From Malacoraja senta (taxonomy: Eukaryota): DNA of 64,000 nt. The notes beneath the pieces are model-generated. The model worked only from the letters and a program-made list of their open reading frames with translations, was not told the DNA's origin and ran no database searches. A program made the translations under genes and the position numbers. This document shows positions 38,283 to 49,497 of the stretch, in pieces (position 1 is the stretch's first letter; each line of letters begins with the position of its first letter). The stretch spans positions 271,188,001-271,252,000 of the forward strand of contig CM075977.1 of the NCBI GenBank assembly GCA_038087875.1, read 5' to 3'.

Positions 38283-38575
38283 AGGTTTAAGGTAAAGGGG
38301 AATAGATTTAATAGGAATCTGAGGGGTAACTTTTTCACACAAAGGGTGGTGGATGTATGGAATAAGCTGCCAGAGAAGGTAGTTGAGGCAGGGACTATCC
38401 CAACATTTACAAAACAGTTAGACAGGTACATGGATAGGACAGGTTTGGAGGGATATGGACCAAATACAGGCAGGTGGGACTGGTGTAGCTGGGACATGTT
38501 GGCCAGTGTGGGCAAGTTGGGCCGAAGGGCCGGTTTCCACGTTGTATCACTCTATGACTCTATAACTATGACTCT
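38283..38575 (+). mobile_element. CR1 LINE 3' end
   Basis: FFTQRVVDVWNKLPEKVVEAGTIPTFTKQLDRYM. Confidence 0.85.
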
Positions 38576-39631
38576 AAGTTTAGGCTTATCCCTGGCCTCT
38601 CTGAATGGATGCTTAATCAATCTCATTGTTGAAGGCCCTCTAGAAATTATCTGTAATATTCCAATTGAAAAATATGTCTAATGAAAGGAAAGAGTATTTT
38701 AGCAAATCATCTTTGAAAATTGTACCACCACTGATGTAGATATAATATTACATATGATTGGAAATGATGAAATCAGTTTGGTATTTTGCAGTAAACTCTA
38801 ACATTTGCCTCTTACTTCCTGGAATTCCAGTTAGCTCATTTTTTCCCAGTTCTTCAGAACAAAAAAAAGTGGTTTCTATGTCTAAAGTACTTTACTCCTT
38901 TGTGTGTTGGTGTTCATTGTCAAAAAGATGACATTTAAATAAATTGAACCATGAATGTGATATTTCTTTTTTCCTTAAAGAGGACACTACTGAAGCTCCT
39001 CAGGTGCCACAGATATACTTGGGAACTACTCTGGCAAAAGTCCTGAATTATTCTAAAAGTGTTTGGAAATTCCTCATTAATTACCAAGTTAAGAATGATA
39101 AAGCTGATATATCATTGCAAGCTTTTATTCAATGTATGCCAAAAATATAACAGAAATATTATTTTGGTTGATGTTTTTGACTGGTGGCTCAGCTTACCAC
39201 TAATTGACCCTGGTACAGGCATTTTAGGAGGCTGAAATAGTTATGCTAATTCCTTTGGGGGCAAGGACACCAAATTTCTTTGAGGACAAGGATGCCAAAT
39301 GAGCATTGTGTAAAAATATTTAGATTCGAAGGCTAAATACTGTAGCCCAATGGATTTTTAAAAGCCATTCTCAGTAGGTCATGCAGAAATGTGGTAAGAT
39401 CAATAAATGTAATGTTTCTGAATACCTAATAATTACCTTCATCCTAACTAGGAATGTGAGAAAACAATTAAGTTGTAGCGTAGGTGGTGATGGGAACTGG
39501 ATAGTTAACGGAAATATCTCTGCAAAGGTGATGGCAGGGTTGCTCTGGTGATCACAATGTTTATGGAGCCATCTGATTAACAGATAATTGAGAGTAAATG
39601 GAGACAGACAGAATGCGGAAGAAAGTCCTCT

Positions 39632-39968
39632 GGGTGGCACCGTGGCGCAGCAGTAGAGTTGCTGCGTTACAGCGCTCACAGCGCTGGAGACCGGGTTCGA
39701 TCTGTTCGGAGTGCAGATCTGTATGGATTCTGTCTGTATGGAGCTTGTACCTTCTCCCCGTGACCTGCGTGGGTTTCCCCCGAGATCTTCGTTTTTCTCC
39801 CACACTCCAAAGACGGACAGGTTTGTAAGTTAATGGGCTTGGTATAAGTGTAAATTGTTCCTAGTGTGTGTAGGATAGTGTCAATGTGCGGGGATCGCTG
39901 GTCGGTGTGGACTCGGTGGGCCGAAGGGCGTGTTTCCACACTTTATCTCTAAATAAACTAAACTAAAA
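39632..39968 (+). mobile_element. tRNA-derived SINE (HE1/V-SINE-like)
   Basis: A/B boxes, core and tail as in the 14793 copy. Confidence 0.88.
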
Positions 39969-40109
39969 AGGGCTGTGAAATCTGTGAAATATAATGTAAA
40001 ACCAAAATTATAATGCAGCAAATACCAAGCAGATCAGGCAGTGACTGGGGAGGGTGAAAAGCTGAGCCAATATTGCTTTGGGGAACATCTTCATTCAGTC
40101 TTCAGAAGT

Positions 40110-40760
40110 GACTCTGAGCTTCCCGATGCCTGTCACTTTAATTCTCCATCCTGTTCTCACTGTGGCCTGTCTGTGGAATCATATCCTGTTCCAATTAGGG
40201 GCAATATAAGTTGAAGAAACAACATCTCATCTTCAATCTGGGCACATTACAGCTTTCTACACTCATCATCAACTTGAAACAATTTCAAATAACTCGCCGT
40301 TTGCACCAGAATTGGCCAATACCACTGTTAGGTTATCTATCTGCAATATTAGCTATTTTTTCTCCCTCTGCAGATACTGCATAATTTGCTGGGTATTTTC
40401 AACATTATCTGTTTGGTTCTGGGTTTCGGCAACATTATCAATATGCCTATCACTGCTATAACTTGTCTTTTTTGCTTCTCTGATTGTCATTTTTAATCTG
40501 TTAATCAAATGTTTCTGCGATTATGGGCATACCTGTATAGTCCTGACTTTCTCCTGTTACAGAGCTTCATTTTGTCCTATCCGTCCTTCCCCCATCCTCT
40601 GTATCTTACAACTAACTTTTTTTCTCTCATTTTCATTTCTGACGTAGTGTCTTCATCCTGAAATATTAAACTCTGTTTCTCTTTCCTCAGATGTTGCCTG
40701 ATCTCTTGAGCATTTCCAGCAGTTTTTGTTTTCAATTCAGGTATATGCAATTTTTTTGAT
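40110..40760 (+). mobile_element. Old Penelope 3' remnant
   Basis: gaaacaacatctcatcttcaatctgggcac (EQHLIF.LG) and degenerate pLTR. Confidence 0.55.
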
Positions 40761-41026
40761 TTTCTAATATTTTAACTTTGGTTAATCAACCAAGTTACCA
40801 CTCTTGGATGTTGCAGGGAAATCTTTAATAAGATTTTCTGAAGCAAAATCTTATTAAAAAATTCTGTTTACAAAAACTGTCCAATCCAATTTTGCTGGTT
40901 TAGTTTTGTATTTAGTAACATGTAAATGAATTTAAGCAGAAAAATCAGGTTAAGGAAAGCACTTCTTGGGGGGGAATCTGTAAACCCAAGTGGAAACCCT
41001 AGACTAGAGGTCAGTTGGTAAATTAA

Positions 41027-41337
41027 AGGGCCTGTCCCACTTTCCCGAGTCCTCTTCCGAGTTGAAAGGACCTTAAAAAAAAAATCAAGATTTTTGTGAT
41101 CTACGAAAGTTGCAATTTTTCTCCTCCCGACTATCTTTTTATTCGTGGACTTTTTTGTCATGCTGGAAAAAACGTACCTGACGCCCCGAGTACCTACGGC
41201 TGGCATAACGGGCCGCTACGATATATCTACGGTCTCCTACGGCCTCCTACGGACTTGCTACAGACATTCTCCAAGTTTGAATCAAGGGGAAAACTCAGGA
41301 GAATTTGTGAGTAACTCGGGAAAGTGGGACAGGCCCT
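41027..41337. mobile_element. PIF/Harbinger-type MITE
   Basis: Perfect 24-bp TIR agggcctgtcccactttcccgagt; flanks TAA / TGA. Confidence 0.85.
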
Positions 41338-42800
41338 TGACACAACTAGCTTTCTTATTCACTAGAATGTGCCAGAATTTTGACAGGGAGGAGAACTGAA
41401 CGGTGCAAACTATGATTAAACAAAACTTGTCTTCCTTTGTGACTGTCTGGCAGTGCATGACAGATATGTCTTAAAAGACCACGGTGCTCATTATTATTGA
41501 AGTCTACAGCTGTGAGGGAAAATTACTTTATAATTTCTGAAAATCTGCAACTTGTCTGTCAATAGCTGGCTCACAGCCAGGCTGTGAATGTGCAAATTAT
41601 GGTTCAGTTTTCTGATGGGAAAACTGAACATAGAGTAATCCGGGGCAGACTACAGTAAGTACATACAAAGGTTTTAATAATGCAGCATTCTTGAAAAGGA
41701 AGGATTTAAGATCAGTGCATTTTTTAAACAGTTGATTGGATGGGCAGATTAAGGACGAAGGATAAAGGGAGATGGAAAATAAAGTGTACACATGGGATTA
41801 GAAATACTTATCATGGGGATGGTATATACCAAATGGAATTGTTTTGCGGTTACATTTTCATCATAATTATATGAAAATGGTAAAGTTGATACGCTGTACT
41901 TTGGTGGTTTGGTTTACAGCCAGTTGTAGGCTGATAGATACATCCATCTGTAACCTGGATCCTTGCTGTAACTCATTTTCTTGGATGGAAACAACTTCTG
42001 TGAGGTCGAAATCTACCCATTTATTTCTCTGGACCATGATGAGTGACTGCTTTGAATTTTCATTTGTCATCTGTTCACCAGTTAAGAGCTGTTTAATGCA
42101 TGTTGACAAACAGGATGCAGGCCATCTCAAGGTAACAAACGGGTTCCATTGTTACGGACGTCCATGAGGATTTTGTCCATGAGCCGGAATATACATAGAA
42201 ATTGCTCGATATGGTAACCATACCTCTACAGTATTTTAATGAATTGCTTCAAAAGCACATTACTGATCATTACTGATCAAATACTAAAAGTGGAGAAAGA
42301 GAGGAAACTAGTTTTGCCATTTGTAGGAATATACTTCGGATTTTAGAAGTTAATAATATTATGGGATCTCACTCATAAGTTGTGGTGTTCATAAGTTGAG
42401 AATTCATAACCCAGGGACGACCTGCAATACTAAAAACATTGGTCACATTTACATGGGGATGGGCTGCTATCCCTTTAACATCCTAGGACATAAAATGTTC
42501 TTGATTAGTATGGGTGTCAGAGGTTATGAGGAGAAGGCAGGAGAATAGGGTTAGGAGGGGGAGATAGATCAGTCATGGTGGAGTAGATTTGTTGGGCCAA
42601 ATGGCCTAATTCTGCTCCTATCACATGATCTGAGAAGGTTACTTTCAGTTAATGGGACACTAGCCAGTGCAAGGATCTGTTATTTTCAAATTTTATTGAA
42701 GATAAATTGAAAATGTATTTATAATAATCAGCGAATTAATAGAGAACTAATTAACAATTTGCTTGAAAGCCCTCTGCTGAGGAATTTAGTGATACTGTAA

Positions 42801-43405
42801 AGGCTCTGTCTTACCTGTTTGCGGTCATCGGCGGTGAAGCGCGGCGTCGCCGGTAGCGAGGACCGCGCGGCAACGACGAGAGCGTCGAGCCTATCCACCG
42901 GAGCGCCGCACGGATGCTGCGCGGGGGCCGAGTTAATTCAAACACGGCGGGTCCCACGTGCTTGCGGTAAGTAAAAAAAAGGGCGGGCCGACTGCGATGA
43001 CGTCGGCCCGCCGCACGTGACTCACCAGCGGCGGCTGTGGCGGCGGCCATCCTGATCGCGGCGCTGTAGCGGTGGCTGTGCCTGCGGCCGTGCAGCACAC
43101 GTGCCTCACTGGCGGCGGCACGTGCCTCACTGGCGGAGGCTGTGGCAGTAGAGGTTTGACGCACGGCGCTCGAGCCACACTGGCGGCGGCCCGTGCGGGC
43201 GGCCGTGCCGCACTTGTGCATCACTGGTGGAGGTTGTGCGGTGAGTATATGGTTTTCGACATTGTCAATTTTATTTTAGCACCGCGCGGTGTTGGGAACA
43301 CCGCCGCACGGCCCGGGAATTGTACTTTCTCACGAGTGCGCGGTCTATGGCGGCAGATTGTTCCCGTTTCGCCACCAATGACCGCAGACTCGTGAGACAG
43401 GCCTT
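42801..43405. mobile_element. CpG-rich PIF/Harbinger-type MITE (element A)
   Basis: 41-bp imperfect TIRs (30/41 match) aggctctgtcttac...gcggtcat / atgaccgc...gtgagacaggcctt; TAA at 42798-42800 and 43406-43408. Confidence 0.78.
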
Positions 43406-43989
43406 TAAAACCCCTGTCTCACTGTGCGAGCTGACCCACGAGGTACCCCGAGTTTAAAACAAATTTAACTCGTGGTAATCACGTACAATTAACGTAGCGG
43501 GAACGTCGGAACTCGTGGACGCAACTTAGCGACTCTTGGCGCTAACGGCAGGTACCCGTGAAACTTATTAACTCTTGAAAAAGTTCAAACATGTTTAAAC
43601 TTTTCCACGAGTAAAATGTACTCTTGTGGTTAAAAATGGAAACATTTAAATACGTTGTAAGAACATAGTGGCCCGTGTGTTTACCTTAGTGACTCGTGAG
43701 ACTACCGTGGGAACTCTTTAACTCAGCGGGCAGGCAGCATCTCTGGAGAGAAGGAATGGGTGATGGGATGACATTTCTAAATTGGGGGGGAGTGGGGGGT
43801 TGGAGCAGGGAGGGAGGGGGTGGGGGTGGAGGAGAGAGGGTGGAGAGTGGAGGGAGAGGAGGGGGAGACAGATGAGGGTGTCGTCATTCACTAGCGGCGG
43901 GTGCCGGTCACTGAAACAGGCAGGTGAGATTTCACATCCACCTTGTGTGTGTGTGTGTGTCTCTCTCTCCCTCCCTTCCTCTCACACAG

Positions 43990-44916
43990 ACTGAGATAGC
44001 ACCGATGGAGAACGCCGGAGTTCCCCCTCATCCACAGATCCAGTTTGGCAGAGGTCCCTTGGAGGAGGACGATCGGGCAATCAGTCCCGATAGCAACACA
44101 CAAGCCCCCACTTGGAAAACCATGACACAACCCCCAGCGACCAGTCCAGGCACCAGCCCGAACCCTACCTTACTAGCTATCAAGAGACCTACAGAAAGTC
44201 CACCCCAAATTATCTACTCTTCAACATATACTCCAACCACTATCCAGCCTACCAGCCAGCTCCACAAGACTGTTCGTGGAAAGATCCCTTGGCTTTTCGG
44301 GTTCAATAGTCAAAGGGATGTACTCCGGAGGCTTCGGAAACCCATGAAGGGTACCGGGCCTAAAATTGTAACTCACAGGACGTTCGTTCTGACCAAGCCA
44401 ACTCTCCAAGATGTGGTGACCTCAGTGCCAATGGTAGAACCCACGGTATTCCCTCTCACCACCCCACGTACCCAAGACACCACCACCGGACAAACCACGC
44501 GGATTCCCATTACCTCTGCCGGCGAGATTACAAGGACCATCCTCCCATCTACCATTGAAACGGCGGCGGTCACTACAGAGACCATCCCTATCACAGTCAC
44601 CACTACCCGGGCAACTCTCACCACCAGACAACGGGCGTTCTTCCGGCGCAGGGGACCGGGAAAGCCCTTCGGTAGAATCAAGAGGCGAGCGTTCTTTTCG
44701 AGGCCCACCTCCGGACGGAATCGCTCGGTGGCGTCGGCGGCTGAGAACAGGAAGACAATACTAGACACGATAAAAACTAGATTGGCCGTGACTCCGACTG
44801 TCCCAGTAACCACCAAAGCGCCTCTTCCTGTTGCAGTAGAGACCAGCACTTGGAACATTGGTGCGCACTGGAGACGTTACCCTTACTCCAGCTTAAATTT
44901 ATTACGTCGTTATTAA
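43990..44916 (+). CDS. Thr/Pro-rich mucin-like ORF or exon, candidate captured fragment of an IGSF10-like gene
   Basis: Open for 308 codons after a polypyrimidine tract + CAG acceptor (43989); in-frame ATG at 44005; RGKIPWLFGFNSQRDVLRRLRKP and RRRGPGKPFGRIKRR motifs resemble, from memory, the IGSF10 central region; lies between the TIRs. Confidence 0.55.
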   Translation, partial: TEIAPMENAGVPPHPQIQFGRGPLEEDDRAISPDSNTQAPTWKTMTQPPATSPGTSPNPTLLAIKRPTESPPQIIYSSTYTPTTIQPTSQLHKTVRGKIPWLFGFNSQRDVLRRLRKPMKGTGPKIVTHRTFVLTKPTLQDVVTSVPMVEPTVFPLTTPRTQDTTTGQTTRIPITSAGEITRTILPSTIETAAVTTETIPITVTTTRATLTTRQRAFFRRRGPGKPFGRIKRRAFFSRPTSGRNRSVASAAENRKTILDTIKTRLAVTPTVPVTTKAPLPVAVETSTWNIGAHWRRYPYSSLNLLRRY

Positions 44917-45844
44917 CGGCCAGTATTTGAAAGGTTATCCTTTAAATGAAATAGTTATTGCCATTCCTAAAGGCTTTTGCGAAAACTTAAACCGTGGTTT
45001 ATTATTAAGATACTTGAGAATGTTGTTTCATTAACAAATGCTCCTGCAGTTACTGAGATCAATTTAAAAACACAATTTAAAAACACAGTGGATTTATTTC
45101 TAAAAAAAACCCGTTATTCATAAAAAGATGTACAGGATATGCAATACACCAATGCCATGTGTAATTTTAAAAATAATCTTTCTCCTGAATAAAATATGTA
45201 TAAAACAAAAACCGTGCAAAATCTTTTCATCGATTCTCAGTGGTTAATGCCTTCGGTATTTTTCTAAAATAAACTTTACTCAGAATAAGAAATGTGCACA
45301 AAACAAAAACAGTGCAATGCATTATCAGTGTCTATACATTCAATAGTGTCAGGACTGTTTCCATCTATATTTAAACAAAACTCTCTTGTTGCTATGTGCC
45401 CCTTGGGGTGATATCCCTACCCTTGTCTGACGGGTGTCCCCATTTCAATATCGTGCAGCGGAAGGGCCATAGACTGTGGTCCAAATGAACTGCATGTAAA
45501 TGCAATGCAGATACAAATATTCTGCGTCTGTGTCTGCCATTTCCGTCTTTATGCCTTTCATGTCACAATTGCCAGTTCAATGGGTAATTCGGCTTAATTC
45601 AGATTTTATATGCGGATGCGAATAGTTTAATTATAAAGTGTAAATTCTATTAAATATGTTACAGGGAAAAACGTCCAGCAATGAAAAGACATCCCTGTAT
45701 TTAAATAGCGCCCATCACAAACTCAGGAGGTTCCAACGTCTATTACAGTAAAGGAAGTACAGTGAACGTACTTGGATAAACATAATGTTGAGCATGAATA
45801 TTGTTTTGTTTAAAAACGATGGTAACAAGGCTTGTAAATATGCA

Positions 45845-45940
45845 AAGGCAGACAAAAAATGCTGGAGAAACTCAGCGGGTGAGGCAGCACCTACGGAGAG
45901 AAGAGATATGCGACGTTTCGGGTCGAAACCCTTCTTCAGT
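45845..45940 (-). mobile_element. Short Penelope-derived fragment inside element B
   Basis: gacaaaaaatgctggagaaactcagcggg...cgtttcgggtcgaaacccttcttcag. Confidence 0.8.
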
Positions 45941-46304
45941 CACTGTTGCTTATTAAAACAGACCTTCATTCACATTTGGCTCAAGAGTACCTCGGGAGAG
46001 GAACGTGATAACTCGGGAGACGATCTTGGAACATCGCAGAAATGACAGTTAATGGCAAACTTGAGTCATACCCGTGTGAACTCGGTTAAACTCTTGATCA
46101 TACACTTGGAATCTCGTGCACAACCACGAGTCTTTCGCTCGGGGTACCTCGTGGGTCAGCTCGCACAGTGTGACAGGGCTTTAAGCGCAGGGCATGTTTG
46201 CCGCCAAACAGGTCCCACATTCTTAATACTGCTTCATTGTGCAAAGCAAATCATTGAGACTGAGGCTGGGGCAAGTGTGGTAATCTGCGAGGAAACTGTC
46301 AGCT

Positions 46305-48100
46305 GTTGGAAGGATGTAGATAGGGTGGTCAAAAAGGCTTTTGGCTTATTGGCCTTCATCAGTCAAAGTATTGAGTATAGAAGATAGACACAAAATGCTG
46401 GAGCAAGGTATCTCTCCAGACATGCTGAGTTACTTCAGCATTTTGTGTCTATCTTCAATTTAAACCAGCATCTGCAGTTCCTTCCTACATATTGAGTATA
46501 GAAGTTGGGAGGTAATGCTGCAGTTATACAAGACATTGGTGAAGCTGCATTTCGAGTATTGTATCCAGTTCTGGGCACCAGGTTATAGGAAAGATGTTGT
46601 CCAAGTTGGAAAGGGTGCAGAGAAACTTTACAAGGATGTTGCCAGGACTCGAGGGTCTGAGTTATAGGGAGAAATTGAGCAGGCTTGAAGACTATTCCCT
46701 GGAGCGCAAGAGGATGAGGGGTGATCTTATAGAAGCGTATAAAATCATGAGAGGAATAGATCGGGCAATAGATGCACAGAGTTCTTGCCCCAACATAGGA
46801 GAATCAAGTACCAGAGGGCAAAGTAACATTAGCAAATTCAAAGTAACATTAGCAAATTTGCAGATGACACAAAGCTGGGTGGCAGTGTGAACTGTGAGGA
46901 GGATGCTATGAGAATGCAGGGTGACTTGGACAGGTTGGGTGAGTGGGCAGATGCATGGCAGATGCAGTTTAATGTGGATAAATGTGAGGTTATACACTTT
47001 GGTAGCAAAAACAGGAAGGCAGATTACTATCTAAGTGGTAGTAATTCCCAACTGATGGTAGTCAAGTTGGGAAAAGGGGAAGTACAACGGGATCTGGGGG
47101 TCCTTGTTCATCAGTCAATGAAAGTAAGCATGCAGGTACAGCAGGCAGTGAAGAAAGCGAATGGCATGTGGGCCTTTATAACAAGAGGAGTTGAGTATAG
47201 GAGCAAAGAGGTCCTTCTGCAGTTGTATAGGACCCTAGTAAGACCACACCTGGAGTATTGTGTGTAGTTTTGGTCCCCTAATTTGAGGAAGGACATTCTT
47301 ACTATTGGGGGAGTGCAGCGTAGGTTTACAAGGTTAATTCCCGGGATGGCGGAACTGTAATATGCTGAGAGAATGGAGCGGCTGGGCTTGTATACTCTGG
47401 AGTTTAGAAGGATGAGAGGGTATCTTATTGAAACATATAAGATTATTAAGGGTTTGGACACACTAGAGGCAGGAAACATGTTTCCGATGTTGGGGGAGTC
47501 CAGAACCAGGGGCCACAGTTTAAGAATAAGGGGAAAGCCATTTAGAACGGAGACGAGGAAACACGTTTTCTCACAGAGAATTGTAAGTCTGTGGAATTCT
47601 CTGCCTCAGAGGGCGGTGGAGGCCGGTTCTCTGGATACTTTCAAGAGAGAGCTAGATAGGGCTCTTAAAGATAGCAGAATCAGGGGATATGGGGAGAAGG
47701 CAGGAACGGGGTACTGATTGGGGATGATCAGCCATGATCACATTGAATGGCGGTGCTGGCTCGAAGGGCCGAATGGCCTACACCTGCACCTATTGTTTAT
47801 TGACTATTGGCATAGGTTTAGGATGAAGGGGGAAAGATTTGTAGGAATCTGTGGGGTAACTTTTACGTACAAAGGTTGGTGGGTGCATGGAACGAGCTGC
47901 CAGAGGAGGTATTTGAGGCAGGGACTATTACAACATTTAAGAAGCAATTAGACAGGTACATGGATACTTACTTGGATAGGACTGATTTAGAGGGATATGG
48001 GCCAAACGCCGGCAAGTGGGATGTGTAGATGGGACATGTTGGTTAGTGTGGGCATGTTGAGCCGAAGGGCCTGTTTCAACGCTGTATAAATTTATGTATT
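46305..48100 (+). mobile_element. Nested CR1 LINEs: older CR1 interrupted by a younger CR1 (46821-47809) and a Penelope-derived insert (46384-46489)
   Basis: Older copy breaks at ccagagggca and resumes at gcataggtttagg; inner copy has LVRPHLEYCV and a full 3' tail; Penelope insert TSD tattgagtatagaag 46369-46383 / 46490-46504. Confidence 0.88.
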
Positions 48101-48301
48101 CTGAGCTTCTTGAAAGATGAGCACTAATTAAATGTTGAAGAGGACCTGTGCAAGCTCCTCATATTGGACTGGATCTGTGACCAAGGTAGATGCAGAACCT
48201 GCAACTTTGTACTGTGATTCCTGTTTCTATAGTTCAGAAATACAAAAACAAACCAAATCAAATTTCTAATTTATTAAACAAAAACAATTGACATCCACTT
48301 T

Positions 48302-49497
48302 TGTTTAGTTTAGTTTATTGTCACGTGTCCCGAGGTACAGTGAAAAACTTTTGTTGCGTGTTAACCAGCCAGCGGAAAGACAATACATGATTGCAATCGA
48401 GCCATTCACAATGTACAAATACACGATAAGGGAATAACATTTAGTGCAAGGTAAAGCCAGTAAAGTCTGATCAAAAGTAATCCGATAGTAGTTCAGGACT
48501 GCTCTCCAGTTGTGGTAGGGTGGTTCAGTTGCCTGATAACAGCTGGGAATAAACTGTCTATATTGAATCTGGTGGTGTGCGTTTTCACACTTCTATACCT
48601 TTTGCCTGATGGGGGAGGGGAGAAGAGGGAGTTGCCAAGGTGTGACGTCCTTGATTATGCTGCTGGCCTTGCTGAGGCAGCGAGAGCTATAAAAAGTCAA
48701 AAGAAGGGAGGTTGGTTTATGTGATTGTCTGGGCTACATCCACTATTCTCTGCAATTTCTTGCGGTCTTGGATGGAATTGTTCACAAACCAAGCTGTGAT
48801 GCATCCTGATAAAATGCTTTCTACGTACATCTTTAGTTTAGTTTAGTTTAGGGATACAGCGCGGTAACAGGCCCTTCGGCCCACCGAGCGTGCCAACCAG
48901 TGATCCCCATACATTAACACTATCCTAGACACACGAGGGACAATTTACACTATACCAAGCCAATTAACCTACAAACTTGTACATCTTTGGAGTAGACGTT
49001 GGTGAGGGTTGGGGAAATGCTGAACTTCCTAAGCCTTCCTAAGCCTTCTTAGGAACTTCCTAAGCCTTCTTAGGAAGTAGAGGCATTTGGTGTGCTTTCC
49101 GGGACTTTGCTTCAATATGGGTGATCCAGGAGAAGTTGTTGGTGATATTTACATCCTAGGAATTTGAAGTTTTCAACCATTTCTACTTCGGCGCCATCAA
49201 TGCAAACTGGAGTATGTGTACCTCTCCTCTTCCTGGTCGATCATTATCTCCTTTATCTTGCTGACATTGAGAGAAAGGTTGTTGTCTCGACACCAGGACA
49301 TAAGGTTCTCAATCTCCTTCCTGTACTCCAGCTCATGATTATTTGATATCTGGCCCACAATGGTGGTGTAGTCTACGAATTTGTAAATTGAATTAGATTT
49401 GTGCATGGCTGCACAGTCGTGGGTGTACAAGGAGTAAATAAATGGGCTGAGGTCGCATCCTTGTGGAGCACCAACGTTGAGGACTATCGTAGTTGTC
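48302..49497 (-). mobile_element. Rex1/Babar-clade LINE 3' half with nested SINE fragment (48832-48992)
   Basis: LNVGAPQGCDLSPFIYSLYTHDC...KFVDYTTIVGQI...WCRDNNLSLNVSK.KE; (aaact)n tail. Confidence 0.85.

Larger units (their letters stand above)
43409..46181. mobile_element. 2.77-kb non-autonomous PIF/Harbinger-type element carrying a cargo ORF (element B)
   Basis: 44-bp TIRs with 2 mismatches (43409-43452 / 46138-46181); TAA TSD 43406-43408 / 46182-46184; subterminal ctcgtg/ctcggg repeats; no transposase. Confidence 0.88.

Noticed and set aside
42811-43395. Ala/Arg/Gly-rich ORFs
   Set aside because: Expected from GC content and internal repeats of MITE A.
43924-43989. N-terminal 22 aa of the 330-aa ORF call (MRFHIHLVCVCVSLSP...), which looks like a signal peptide
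   Set aside because: It starts at a GTG that is a splice-donor-like site and translates (TG)n and a polypyrimidine tract, so it is probably intronic.
43872-43995. ATG 43872 as first coding exon of the cargo ORF
   Set aside because: Splicing 43923 to 43990 is phase 1 and gives GAC-TGA immediately, out of frame with the long ORF.
43990-44916. Harbinger transposase or Myb/SANT partner protein
   Set aside because: No DDE motifs or spaced-Trp Myb signature; composition is mucin-like.
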